A DNA stretch of 64,000 bases from Candidatus Latescibacterota bacterium (GTDB taxonomy: Bacteria; Latescibacterota; UBA2968; UBA8231), in the NCBI GenBank assembly GCA_964291625.2, contig OZ220089.1, forward strand, positions 640,001-704,000, given 5' to 3'. The notes under the pieces were generated by a model. It did not search any database. It saw nothing but the letters and a program-made list of their open reading frames with translations, and was not told the DNA's origin. Position 1 is the stretch's first letter, and every line of letters begins with the position of its first letter. Below are positions 23,788 to 32,241 of this stretch, piece after piece. The position numbers were made by a program, and so were the translations under genes.

Positions 23788-25242
23788 ATGGGTTACGTCT
23801 GGACTCCCATCGAAGACTACGAGTCACACGAAGTGCTCGCACACAAGGAGCTCGGCGCCTTGGCCGAGGTCTGGCGAGAACGACGCCAACAGCTGACCAA
23901 TCAGCGGGAGTACCGTGACTTCGAGCAGCGGCTGAAGCGCGAGTGGGCCATCGAGACTGGCTTGATCGAGCGCCTCTACACGCTGGACCGCGGTATCACT
24001 CAACTACTCATCGAGCACGGCATTCAGGCGGCCTTGATCCCCCATGGGAGCGGTGCGAACCCGGAAGCGACCGTGGCCATGATCGAGGATCATGAAGCGG
24101 CGGTCGAAGGTGTGTTCCAGTTCGTGAAAGACCAGCGATCACTGTCCACGAGCTACATCAAGGAACTTCACGCCTTGATGACGCGGCACCAGTATACCGT
24201 GGAAGGTGTCGACCCCCGCGGGAGAAAGACGGAGGTCCCTCTCATCCGCGGCGATTACAAGCGGCTGCCGAACAATCCCAATCGGCCGGACGGCTCGGTC
24301 CATGAGTATTGCCCACCGGAGCAGGTCACCGCCGAGATGGACCGGCTCATCGCCATGCACGAGGCCCACGCCGGCGCCGCTCCCGAGGTGGAGGCGGCCT
24401 GGCTCCACCACCGGTTCACCCAGATCCATCCTTTCCAGGACGGCAACGGACGGATCGCCCGCGCCCTCGCCACCCTGGTGTTCATCAAGGGAGGTTGGTT
24501 CCCGCTCGTGGTCAGGGACCGGGACCGGGCCCGCTACATCGAAGCCTTGGAGCATGCCGATTCCGGCGACCTGAAACCCCTGGTGGGCTACTTCGCGCGC
24601 CTGCAGAAGGACGAGTTCGTCCGGGCTCTCAGCATTGCCGAGGACGTCAGGAGGTCACGCCGCGCCGAGGACGCGATCAGGTCCGTGCGGGAGCGGTTGC
24701 AGGCCCGCAGGGACGCGCTCGTCGCCGAATGGGAGACAGCGAAGTCCATCGCCTCCTCGCTGCGCGACCATGCCCAGGAGCGCCTCAATAGCGTTGCGGA
24801 CGAGTTGGGCCGCGAGATGGGCGATGTGCTGGAGCACGGCTCCTACTTCGCCGATGGCGCGGCCGAGGGTGGGGACAGGAGCCATTACTACCGCTACCAG
24901 ATCATCCAGACCGCAAGGCAGCTCGACTACTTCGCAGGTACCCACACATACCGTTCCTGGGCGCGCTTGGTGATGAGAAACGCCAATCAGACGGAGTTGT
25001 TGATCGCCTTCCACGGAATCGGGCACGAGTTTCAGGGGGTACTCGCATGCTCGGCGACGTGGTTCCAGCGCGTGGAGACGGAGCAGGGCGAGAGGGAGAT
25101 TGGCCCGGTGACACCGCTCTCGGACGACGTATTCCAGATCAACTACAAGGAACCTCACGAGGATGTCGAGGCCAGATTCTCGAACTGGCTGGAAGACGCC
25201 ATCGTCCGTGGTCTCAGTCTGTGGCAGGAGACGTCGTTGTGA
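23788..25242 (+). CDS. Fic family protein (AMPylase motif intact)
   Basis: HPFQDGNGRIAR; N-terminal ETGLIE resembles the inhibitory helix; codon usage less GC-biased than neighbours. Confidence 0.92.
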   Translation: MGYVWTPIEDYESHEVLAHKELGALAEVWRERRQQLTNQREYRDFEQRLKREWAIETGLIERLYTLDRGITQLLIEHGIQAALIPHGSGANPEATVAMIEDHEAAVEGVFQFVKDQRSLSTSYIKELHALMTRHQYTVEGVDPRGRKTEVPLIRGDYKRLPNNPNRPDGSVHEYCPPEQVTAEMDRLIAMHEAHAGAAPEVEAAWLHHRFTQIHPFQDGNGRIARALATLVFIKGGWFPLVVRDRDRARYIEALEHADSGDLKPLVGYFARLQKDEFVRALSIAEDVRRSRRAEDAIRSVRERLQARRDALVAEWETAKSIASSLRDHAQERLNSVADELGREMGDVLEHGSYFADGAAEGGDRSHYYRYQIIQTARQLDYFAGTHTYRSWARLVMRNANQTELLIAFHGIGHEFQGVLACSATWFQRVETEQGEREIGPVTPLSDDVFQINYKEPHEDVEARFSNWLEDAIVRGLSLWQETSL

Positions 25243-25305
25243 CACCGGCGCCCCTTGTCCTGCCGTCGATGATCTGCCCGCTGGTCTCGGGCTGAGCCCA
25301 CCCCA

Positions 25306-25422
25306 CCCGTCTGCCGAGAGGTCCCTCGCGCACCGTCACCGGCAGCCTGCGCGGCCGCAGGATCCCCGTCGGCTCGAGCCGCCAGGGGGACATCGGCGTC
25401 ACCCCGGGGCGCCTGAAGGAGG
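25306..25422 (+). repeat. diverged copy of the rsmD RBS and 5' end (28587..28702)
   Basis: caccgtcaccggcagcctgcgcggccgcaggatccccgtc...gcctgaaggagg aligns with catcgtcaccggcagcctgcgaggccgcaggatccccgtc...gcctgaaggagg; TTG start is TCG in the copy. Confidence 0.92.
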
Positions 25423-25544
25423 AGGCGGTGCGGACCTTGGCTTGCGGGCTCACGCAGGGCTCCTGGGGGGGTGGGACGAGCCCCCCGGGCGGGGCGCTCG
25501 AAGCGGGACAGGGTAGCCGGGGCGAGGGCCCCGCAACGCGGCGG
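25421..25544 (+). repeat. diverged copy of the enolase-superfamily gene 5' end and upstream region (23519..23646)
   Basis: ggaggcggtgcggaccttggcttgcgggctcacg...tcgaagcgggacagggtagccgggg vs ggaggcggtgtggacgttggcttccgggctcacg...tcgaagcgggatagggtagccgggg. Confidence 0.88.
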
Positions 25545-25599
25545 GTCAGGGGGCTGCCGATGTTCCGGCAGAGCGATCCAGGCGTGAAGCTGACCCCGT

Positions 25600-26760
25600 C
25601 TAGAAGTAGGTAGCGGCGCTGAAGAGCAGGGCCGCCCCCCGAACCTCGTTGTTCAGACGATCCCGCGTGCTCTCGCGCTGATAGTCCAGCTTGAAGACCG
25701 AGTCCGGGTGGGGACGGAAATTCAACCCGTACGTCAGGCGGCGCCGGCTGTCCCCCGCGGCGTCGGCGTCGAAGTCGACCCTTCCGTAGCGGAGCACCCC
25801 GGTGCACACCGACTCGGGAAGAGCGGAGAGGATCCCCCGGGCAAAGTGGGCGTTGGCCTGTATGTAGACCCCCGCCTGGCTCTCCTGCAGCAGGGCCATC
25901 TCCGCCGGCACCTCGATCGCGGCCCTCGCGTACTCGCCCAGCAGTTCGAGGCCGCGCCAGGATGCGTCCCAGTCCAGGGCCCAGATCGTCAGCCCGCGAG
26001 CGGTGTCGATGGCCAGACCATCCGCCTCCCACTCGTTGTAGGGACCCGTATGCAGGGATACTCCCAGCTCCCAGGCCGTCCGGGGACTGACGGCGAGGCG
26101 CCCGACCAGGGAAGGGCGATTGTTGTTGTCGGTGAGATTGCCCCTGCCCTCCGGGATCCTCGTGCCGTCTCCGCTGGCTTCTATCACCCCTTCGTCGAAC
26201 CCGTTCACAGCGTAGAGCTCGTAGGTGATCCGGGACGAGGCCCTCGGGTACCAGGCGCCATAGACGCCCATCCCCGCCTCCGACAAGGCCGTCGGGATGA
26301 TCTCGGTGCTGACCAGGGGCCGGTCCGTCAGATCGTTGGCCGGGCTGTCATGTGAGAGATTGAAACGCCCCAGGGGGGAGAGGATGATGCCGCCCCGGAA
26401 GGTCAGGGCCGGATGGAGCTCGAAATCGAGGACCGCGATCTCGAGCTTGATCTCCTCCCCGCCTTCCTCGAACTCGAGCTCCGAGGCCACCCGCAAGCGC
26501 TCGGTTACGGGCGTGTAGGAGAACAGGTTGAAGCGCTCGGCCACGAAGGAGAGTTCCTCGGTGATCCCGTCCTTCCGCCCGTAGCGGAGGTGGACCTCGG
26601 AATAGCCGCCGATGCGGGTCCGGCCCGGCCGGGCGCTCATGAAGGGCTTGTCACCGATCCCTCCCTCGACCAGGGGCCGCTCCTCCGCTGCGGCGCCGTC
26701 GGTCCACCAGAGAATCGCGCAGGCCAGAGAGGGGATCAGGGCCTTGCTGCCGTCGCGCAT
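25600..26760 (-). CDS. outer-membrane beta-barrel/porin-like protein
   Basis: Signal peptide; IGGYSE, SELEFE; alternating beta strands; terminal ATYF. Confidence 0.75.
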   Translation of the reverse strand: MRDGSKALIPSLACAILWWTDGAAAEERPLVEGGIGDKPFMSARPGRTRIGGYSEVHLRYGRKDGITEELSFVAERFNLFSYTPVTERLRVASELEFEEGGEEIKLEIAVLDFELHPALTFRGGIILSPLGRFNLSHDSPANDLTDRPLVSTEIIPTALSEAGMGVYGAWYPRASSRITYELYAVNGFDEGVIEASGDGTRIPEGRGNLTDNNNRPSLVGRLAVSPRTAWELGVSLHTGPYNEWEADGLAIDTARGLTIWALDWDASWRGLELLGEYARAAIEVPAEMALLQESQAGVYIQANAHFARGILSALPESVCTGVLRYGRVDFDADAAGDSRRRLTYGLNFRPHPDSVFKLDYQRESTRDRLNNEVRGAALLFSAATYF

Positions 26761-26766
26761 GTTCCT

Positions 26767-27180
26767 CTATCTCACGGAGGCATGGATGGTTAAGCGATCT
26801 TCGGATACCGCCACCCGGTAGCTGGTGAGCGGCTTCTGGGCCGGCCCGCGCACCACCGCCCCCTGCCGGTCGAAGGTCGAGCCGTGGCAGGGGCAGACCA
26901 GGAACTCTCCCCCCGGCCGCACCTGGCAGCCCAGGTGGCTGCACGTCGTACCCAGGGCCCGCAGCGAACCGTCCTCGAGGCGCAGGAGGGCGATCTCCTC
27001 CACGAGGCCTGAAGCCCGTACCCGCACCGCATTCCCCTCCCCGAAGGTGCTTTCCACTTCGCCCCGATCCAGCTCGATGGCGCCGCCTTCGAGGGTTGCC
27101 AGGTAGGTCGGCAGACCCGCACAGCCGCACAGGCCCACCAGGCCGGCGCCCAGGCGCCCGAGCGCCTGCCGGCGGTCCAT
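26767..27180 (-). CDS. Rieske [2Fe-2S] protein with Tat/lipoprotein-like leader
   Basis: CSHLGC and CPCHGS boxes; MDRRQALG...LCGC N-terminus. Confidence 0.92.
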   Translation of the reverse strand: MDRRQALGRLGAGLVGLCGCAGLPTYLATLEGGAIELDRGEVESTFGEGNAVRVRASGLVEEIALLRLEDGSLRALGTTCSHLGCQVRPGGEFLVCPCHGSTFDRQGAVVRGPAQKPLTSYRVAVSEDRLTIHASVR

Positions 27181-28424
27181 CACAGCGACCTCACAAAGGC
27201 CGCCACGGCCTGCTGCTCACCTGAATCGAGCGCCTCATAGCGCTCTCTCGGCCCTTCGGCCTCTCCGCCGTGCAGGCGAATCGCCTCGTCCACCGAGCGG
27301 GCCCGGCCGTCGTGCAGGTAGAACTCCTCGCCATCGAGAAAGTCGCCGACCAGGCGCGTTCCCCACAGCGGGGCCGTGCGCCATTCGCGGCCCGTGGCGT
27401 CTCCATCCGGCCGGTAGTCGGCCAGGTCTGCTCCCATGTCGTGCAGGAGCAGGTCCGAGTAGAGGTGGACGTCGACCGCGCTGAGCCCGGGTATGGGACC
27501 GGGCCCGGTCCGCATCGCCGGCACGTGGCAGCTGGCACAGCCTATCCGGCCGAACAGTTCCTCGCCGCGCAGCACTGCGGCCGTCTGTGGGCCCCGGGCC
27601 GGCGGCTTGAGCAGCCGCACGTACATGGTCGTTTCCAGAACCGTGGCGGCCGGGACCTCCGGATCGGCCACCCCGTCGCCCAGGGCCACCCCCCCGCCGG
27701 CCTGGGGATGCGTGTTCTCAAGGGGGATGAAGTCGCTGGTGATGCCCATGTCCTGGTGATAGGCCAGCGCCACCTGCTCGATCAGGGAAGAGACCTGGGC
27801 CTTGCGCGAGAAGCGGCCCAACTGGGGCCCGTCGCCGCCCCCGACGTGGTGAGAGGGAACGAAGTCGGGGGGGGTCACCCAGTGCGGGCGCCCCGAGATC
27901 CCGTCTCCGTCCTCGTCGTCCGGGTCGGCGTGGGCCAGGATCGCCGCCGCGGGAATCGCCTCGATGAGCCCTGCCCCGAACACCGGGGGCGGCATGCGGA
28001 AGGATACCTCGACCCCTTCGGGAACCCGCTCGGGGGGAATCCCCGCGATCGCCTTGTCCTGGTGCTGAGGTCCGCCGATATCCACGGCCGGGTCGGTCCC
28101 GCGACTGAAGCGGGTGAACCCCCGGTCCGGCGTGCCCCGGCCATCGCCGGGATGGCACCCCTCGCAGGACACGTTGTTGAAGATCGGGCCCAGGCCCTCG
28201 GCGACGGCAAACGCTTTTTCGAAGTTTTCGTCCCCTGCGACAAAGGCGGCGTTCAGGTCGCGGGACAAACCCTCCGGGGGGGACTCGAAATCGTCGCCCG
28301 CCGTGGGGAGCCGGGTCATCATCGCATCGCATCCCAGCCAGGCCATCCCGAGCAGACCCGCGAGGACGGGCCAGTGGATCGCGGTCGTCGTGCAGACCCT
28401 CTCCGGAAGCCGTATTAGTCTCAT
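27180..28424 (-). CDS. di-heme oxidoreductase (DHOR/DUF1111) family lipoprotein
   Basis: GLGPIFNNVSCEGCH, GCASCH, YSDLLLHDMG, EWRTAPLWG, YLHDGRARS; WLGC lipobox-like; start uncertain. Confidence 0.88.
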   Translation of the reverse strand: MRLIRLPERVCTTTAIHWPVLAGLLGMAWLGCDAMMTRLPTAGDDFESPPEGLSRDLNAAFVAGDENFEKAFAVAEGLGPIFNNVSCEGCHPGDGRGTPDRGFTRFSRGTDPAVDIGGPQHQDKAIAGIPPERVPEGVEVSFRMPPPVFGAGLIEAIPAAAILAHADPDDEDGDGISGRPHWVTPPDFVPSHHVGGGDGPQLGRFSRKAQVSSLIEQVALAYHQDMGITSDFIPLENTHPQAGGGVALGDGVADPEVPAATVLETTMYVRLLKPPARGPQTAAVLRGEELFGRIGCASCHVPAMRTGPGPIPGLSAVDVHLYSDLLLHDMGADLADYRPDGDATGREWRTAPLWGTRLVGDFLDGEEFYLHDGRARSVDEAIRLHGGEAEGPRERYEALDSGEQQAVAAFVRSL

Positions 28425-28435
28425 CTTAAGATTGT

Positions 28436-28451
28436 TTTAGTCAAGGCTAAA
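28436..28451. promoter_or_regulatory. DtxR/MntR-like palindromic operator
   Basis: TTTAG-tcaagg-CTAAA in an AT-rich patch directly upstream of the DHOR gene. Confidence 0.55.
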
Positions 28452-28605
28452 TCAGATTACGGCACAGACCGGCCTGAAGCAAGGGGAAAGATCCTGGCGG
28501 CCCTGACCGGCCCGGCTTCGCCCGCCGGGTCCGCCGTTGCCGGGAGCCCGGAGAAGGCGTTCATTCCCGGAGACCCCTCCCCAGCTCCCGTCCGCCGAGG
28601 ATCCC

Positions 28606-29175
28606 TTGCGCATCGTCACCGGCAGCCTGCGAGGCCGCAGGATCCCCGTCAGCTCGAGCCGCCAGGGGGACATCGGCGTCACCTCGAGCCGCCTGAAGGA
28701 GGCCCTCTTCGACCGCCTCGGTCCGTCCCTGGAGGGGATCGCCTTCCTCGACCTGTGCGCCGGCTCCGGCCAGATCGCCCTGGAGGCGTACAGCCGCGGC
28801 GCCCGGGTGACCGCGGTGGAGCCCGACCGCCGGCGGCGCGAGGCCCTGCGCCGGCTCATGGAGAGCTGGGGCGTCAACCACCTCGAGCTGCTGGGCGGCC
28901 GCGCCCAGACGGTGATGAGGACGCTGGCCGCCGAGGGCCGGCGCTTCGACGTGGTCTACCTCGACCCGCCGTACCGGGCGCTGCACAACGGCCGCCCCCT
29001 GAGCCAGATCCTGCTCGCCGCCGCCGGCCGCTCGGGGATCCTCGCCGGCGGCGGCCGGCTCCTCGTGCAGCACCCGAAGAGCCTGGAGCTGCCCGAGTCC
29101 CCGGAGGGGCTGCGGCGGGTCGACGCCAGGCGGCACGGGACCACCGGGCTGAGCGAGTACCGCCCGGCCTCTTGA
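28606..29175 (+). CDS. rsmD: 16S rRNA m2G966 methyltransferase family
   Basis: TTG after GAGG; MRIVTGSLRGRRI, LKEALF, FLDLCAGSG, YLDPPY. Confidence 0.88.
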   Translation: MRIVTGSLRGRRIPVSSSRQGDIGVTSSRLKEALFDRLGPSLEGIAFLDLCAGSGQIALEAYSRGARVTAVEPDRRRREALRRLMESWGVNHLELLGGRAQTVMRTLAAEGRRFDVVYLDPPYRALHNGRPLSQILLAAAGRSGILAGGGRLLVQHPKSLELPESPEGLRRVDARRHGTTGLSEYRPAS

Positions 29176-29207
29176 CCCCCCTGTCGCCGGAGCTATCCTA
29201 GTCGGCC

Positions 29208-30065
29208 ATGGAGTTCACCCCCCTCACCGACCAACAGCGCCAGAGCTTCGACCGCGACGGCTTCCTCGTCGTGCCGGGGGCCCTGCCCGACGACCTGCTG
29301 CAACGGCTCGAGGCCGCCTGCGACCGCCTCTACGCCGAGGGCCGGGCCGCCGAGGGCCTCAACGACCGCGGCTTCTGGCAGATGCGCAACTGCCTGCCCC
29401 GGGACGACGCCTTCGTCGAGCTGCTCGACTGCCCGGCCACGGTCCCCCTCGTGGTTCAGCTCCTCACCCACAACGTGCAGCTCATCACCTCGCACCTCGT
29501 GGTGCGCCCGCCGAACGCCGACGGTCCCGGGGGCGACCACAAGGTCTCGGGCTGGCACCGCGACGGCGGCACCTCGCCCAGCGACCTGGGTCTGGCCCAG
29601 CCGCGCATGTTCATCAAGATCGCCTACTGGCTCTCGGACCTGTCCGAGCCCGGACGGGGCGCCATCCGCCTGCTGCCGGGAAGCAACGACACCTCCATGC
29701 CCAAGCCCGATGGCGACGCCGACGGCGAGCACCTCGAGATCCGCGCCCGTCCCGGCGACGCCGTGCTCTTCGAGAACCGCACCCTCCACGCCGTGGGCGA
29801 CAACTACTCGACGATCACGCGCAAGAGCGTGTTCTTCGGCTACGGGTACCGGTGGATCCGGCCCATGGACTACAGCGCCCACTCCGAGGAGCTGCTGGCC
29901 CGCTGCGACCCCATCCGCCGGCAGCTGCTCGGCGACAGCTCCGGCCCCATGGGCTTCCAGCTCCCCGAGCAGGGTGAGGTGCCGCTCAGGGAGTGGCTCG
30001 CCGAGCACACGGGCGAGGTCGTCTCGGCCCGGGCCGAGACCCCCGGCGTCTTCGCCACCCGCTGA
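29208..30065 (+). CDS. PhyH family Fe/2OG dioxygenase
   Basis: FDRDGFLVVPG, WHRDG, LLPGS, PGDAVLFENRTLHA. Confidence 0.88.
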   Translation: MEFTPLTDQQRQSFDRDGFLVVPGALPDDLLQRLEAACDRLYAEGRAAEGLNDRGFWQMRNCLPRDDAFVELLDCPATVPLVVQLLTHNVQLITSHLVVRPPNADGPGGDHKVSGWHRDGGTSPSDLGLAQPRMFIKIAYWLSDLSEPGRGAIRLLPGSNDTSMPKPDGDADGEHLEIRARPGDAVLFENRTLHAVGDNYSTITRKSVFFGYGYRWIRPMDYSAHSEELLARCDPIRRQLLGDSSGPMGFQLPEQGEVPLREWLAEHTGEVVSARAETPGVFATR

Positions 30066-30139
30066 GCCCCCTCCCCGAGGCCTGCTCCCCACGCCGGTCC
30101 CGGATTCCCGGGCCCGATCCGCGCCACCCCGGACCTGCC

Positions 30140-30919
30140 ATGCGCTTCCGCCCCTGCATCGACCTCCACGAAGGACGGGTGAAACAGATCGTCGGCGGCA
30201 GCCTGCGCGAGGGCCGGGCTCCGCGGACGAACTTCGACGCCGGGAGGCCCCCGGCGTACTACGCGGACCTCTACCGGCGGGACGGCCTGCCCGGCGGCCA
30301 CGTGATCATGCTCGGCCCGGGGAACGAGGCCGCCGCCGCCGAGGCCCTGGCCGCCTTCCCCGGCGGCCTGCAGGTGGGCGGCGGCATCGACCCCGCCAAC
30401 GCCGCCGCCTGGCTGGACCGGGGAGCCGCCGCGGTCATCGCCACCTCCTTCGTCTTCCACGGCGGCAGCTTCCGACCCGAGGCCCTGCGGGAGCTGTCCG
30501 CGGCCGTGGGCCGCGAGAGGCTGGTCCTCGACCTCAGCTGCGCCCCCCTGGAGGACGGCCGCTACGTGGTCGCCGCCGACCGCTGGCAGCGCCTGACCGA
30601 CTTCGAGATCACCGGGGAGGGACTCGAAGGCCTGGCGGCGTACTGCTCGGAGTTCCTCGTCCACGCCACCCAGGTGGAGGGCCTGCAGGAGGGCGTGGAC
30701 GAGCGCCTGATCGCCCTGCTGGCCGAGGTCTCCCCCCTGCCCACGACCTACGCCGGCGGGGTCCGCTCCCTGGCCGACGTGGACCGCATCGCCGAGCTGG
30801 GAGGCGGCCGCCTCGACTTCACCGTGGGCAGCGCCCTGGACCTGTTCGGGGGTTCGGGGGTGAGGTACGCGGAGTTGGTGGAGCGGGAGGGGAGGCGCCA
30901 AGGTGCCTGGAACCAGTAG
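30140..30919 (+). CDS. hisA: ProFAR isomerase, eukaryotic His6-type
   Basis: MRFRPCIDLHEGRVKQIVGGSL, GGHVIMLG, LQVGGGI, LVLDLSC, TVGSALDLFGG. Confidence 0.92.
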   Translation: MRFRPCIDLHEGRVKQIVGGSLREGRAPRTNFDAGRPPAYYADLYRRDGLPGGHVIMLGPGNEAAAAEALAAFPGGLQVGGGIDPANAAAWLDRGAAAVIATSFVFHGGSFRPEALRELSAAVGRERLVLDLSCAPLEDGRYVVAADRWQRLTDFEITGEGLEGLAAYCSEFLVHATQVEGLQEGVDERLIALLAEVSPLPTTYAGGVRSLADVDRIAELGGGRLDFTVGSALDLFGGSGVRYAELVEREGRRQGAWNQ

Positions 30920-30966
30920 GGGCCTCACACACAGCGCGGCTGTGAGATCGGTTCAGAAGCAATCGC

Positions 30967-30995
30967 TTGCATGGGCCACCCTTGGTCGGTAGTGT
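30967..30995 (+). promoter_or_regulatory. candidate sigma70 promoter of the cas operon
   Basis: TTGCAT-N17-TAGTGT about 55 nt upstream of csb1. Confidence 0.5.
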
Positions 30996-31050
30996 GGTCC
31001 CCGAAGTGCCGCCGAAGTAGCAATCAGTCCACCGAATGGGAGATGGCCAC

Positions 31051-32241
31051 ATGGCTCGTACGATCAACCTCGAAGCGCTGCTGAAGGGCTGCGCCGACGA
31101 TTCCTTCGACGATGGGATCTGCATCGACACGCAGCTTGAGCCCCTGTCCGGCCCCGGGGGCATGGTGAAGCCCGCCGTCTACGAAGGGGGTACATACCAG
31201 ACGGACCGGCGTTGGGCTTCGCCTGACGACGACGGGCCGACTCCGGTGATCGTGATCGACAACGTGCCGTCGCAGGCCAACCGCCTGGAGGAAGCCCTCC
31301 GCCGGGACTCCGCGACGCCTGTTCCGGAGTTCGTGCTCGATCTGACCGGTTTGCCCAACATGCCCGCCCATCTGCCGAGACGTCTTTCGAGCCTGGAGTT
31401 TCCCCATCGCAACGCTGACGCCTATCTCCGGGATGCCAAGCTCGACGACCAGGACTTCATCAGGACCGACCTCGGCCGAGAGATCTTCGCAGCCACCGCC
31501 CACGAGTGCGGGCCCCTGATGGCCTGGTTCCCGCAGGCGTTGTTGTACGGATTCTGGCAGTCGCACCTCGGCAAGAAGCGCCACAATACCAAGCACGCTC
31601 GAGCCTGGGTCTCGGAGATCCTGGGCTGGAATCCGGCCACGACGGAAACCCGCGTTCTCGGACTGAAGGGCGACGCCCTGAACCTCAATACGGATGAAGC
31701 GATCACCTCCAACGAGGACGACCGCATCGAATGGGGAATCGGCCGGGAGCAGGGGATCGAGGGCGGCAAGAAGGACAAGCTCTCGGAGATCGGTCATGGC
31801 CAGGTGCCGTTCATGGGAGACGACGCCTCCGCCGCAGCCATCTCCTTCTCGCGCGTAACCCAGAGAGCCACCGTGTCATTTGCCCAGTTGCGACGAGTCA
31901 GCCTGGGACCAGACCGCAGCGAAGCCGATGCGGCGGCGCGCGCCCTTCTTGTGGCTCTCGGGCTGCACGCCCACCATCTCGCCTTTGGACGGGGCTTCGC
32001 CCTGCGCTCCGGGGCGGACCTGCGTCCCCGGGAGACGGCTGCCTCGTGGCTCGGCAGCGACGGGGACGAGTCCTGCCTCTTCGGCAACCCCGAGGAGAGC
32101 CGATCTCTCCTGCGCAGTGCCATGGAGCATGCCGGGTCCGTGGGCGTGCCCCTCGACGGCTGGGGTCAGCAGCAGCAGCTCACCCCCAAGGACAACCTCC
32201 TCAAGGCGATCCGCGCCACTTGGCCGGATCTCGAGGACTGA
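31051..32241 (+). CDS. csb1: type I-G (I-U) Cas7/Csb1
   Basis: VKPAVY, VIDNVPSQANRLEEAL, LEFPHRNADAYLRD, PQALLYGFW, SEIGHGQVP, LRSGADL. Confidence 0.9.
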   Translation: MARTINLEALLKGCADDSFDDGICIDTQLEPLSGPGGMVKPAVYEGGTYQTDRRWASPDDDGPTPVIVIDNVPSQANRLEEALRRDSATPVPEFVLDLTGLPNMPAHLPRRLSSLEFPHRNADAYLRDAKLDDQDFIRTDLGREIFAATAHECGPLMAWFPQALLYGFWQSHLGKKRHNTKHARAWVSEILGWNPATTETRVLGLKGDALNLNTDEAITSNEDDRIEWGIGREQGIEGGKKDKLSEIGHGQVPFMGDDASAAAISFSRVTQRATVSFAQLRRVSLGPDRSEADAAARALLVALGLHAHHLAFGRGFALRSGADLRPRETAASWLGSDGDESCLFGNPEESRSLLRSAMEHAGSVGVPLDGWGQQQQLTPKDNLLKAIRATWPDLED

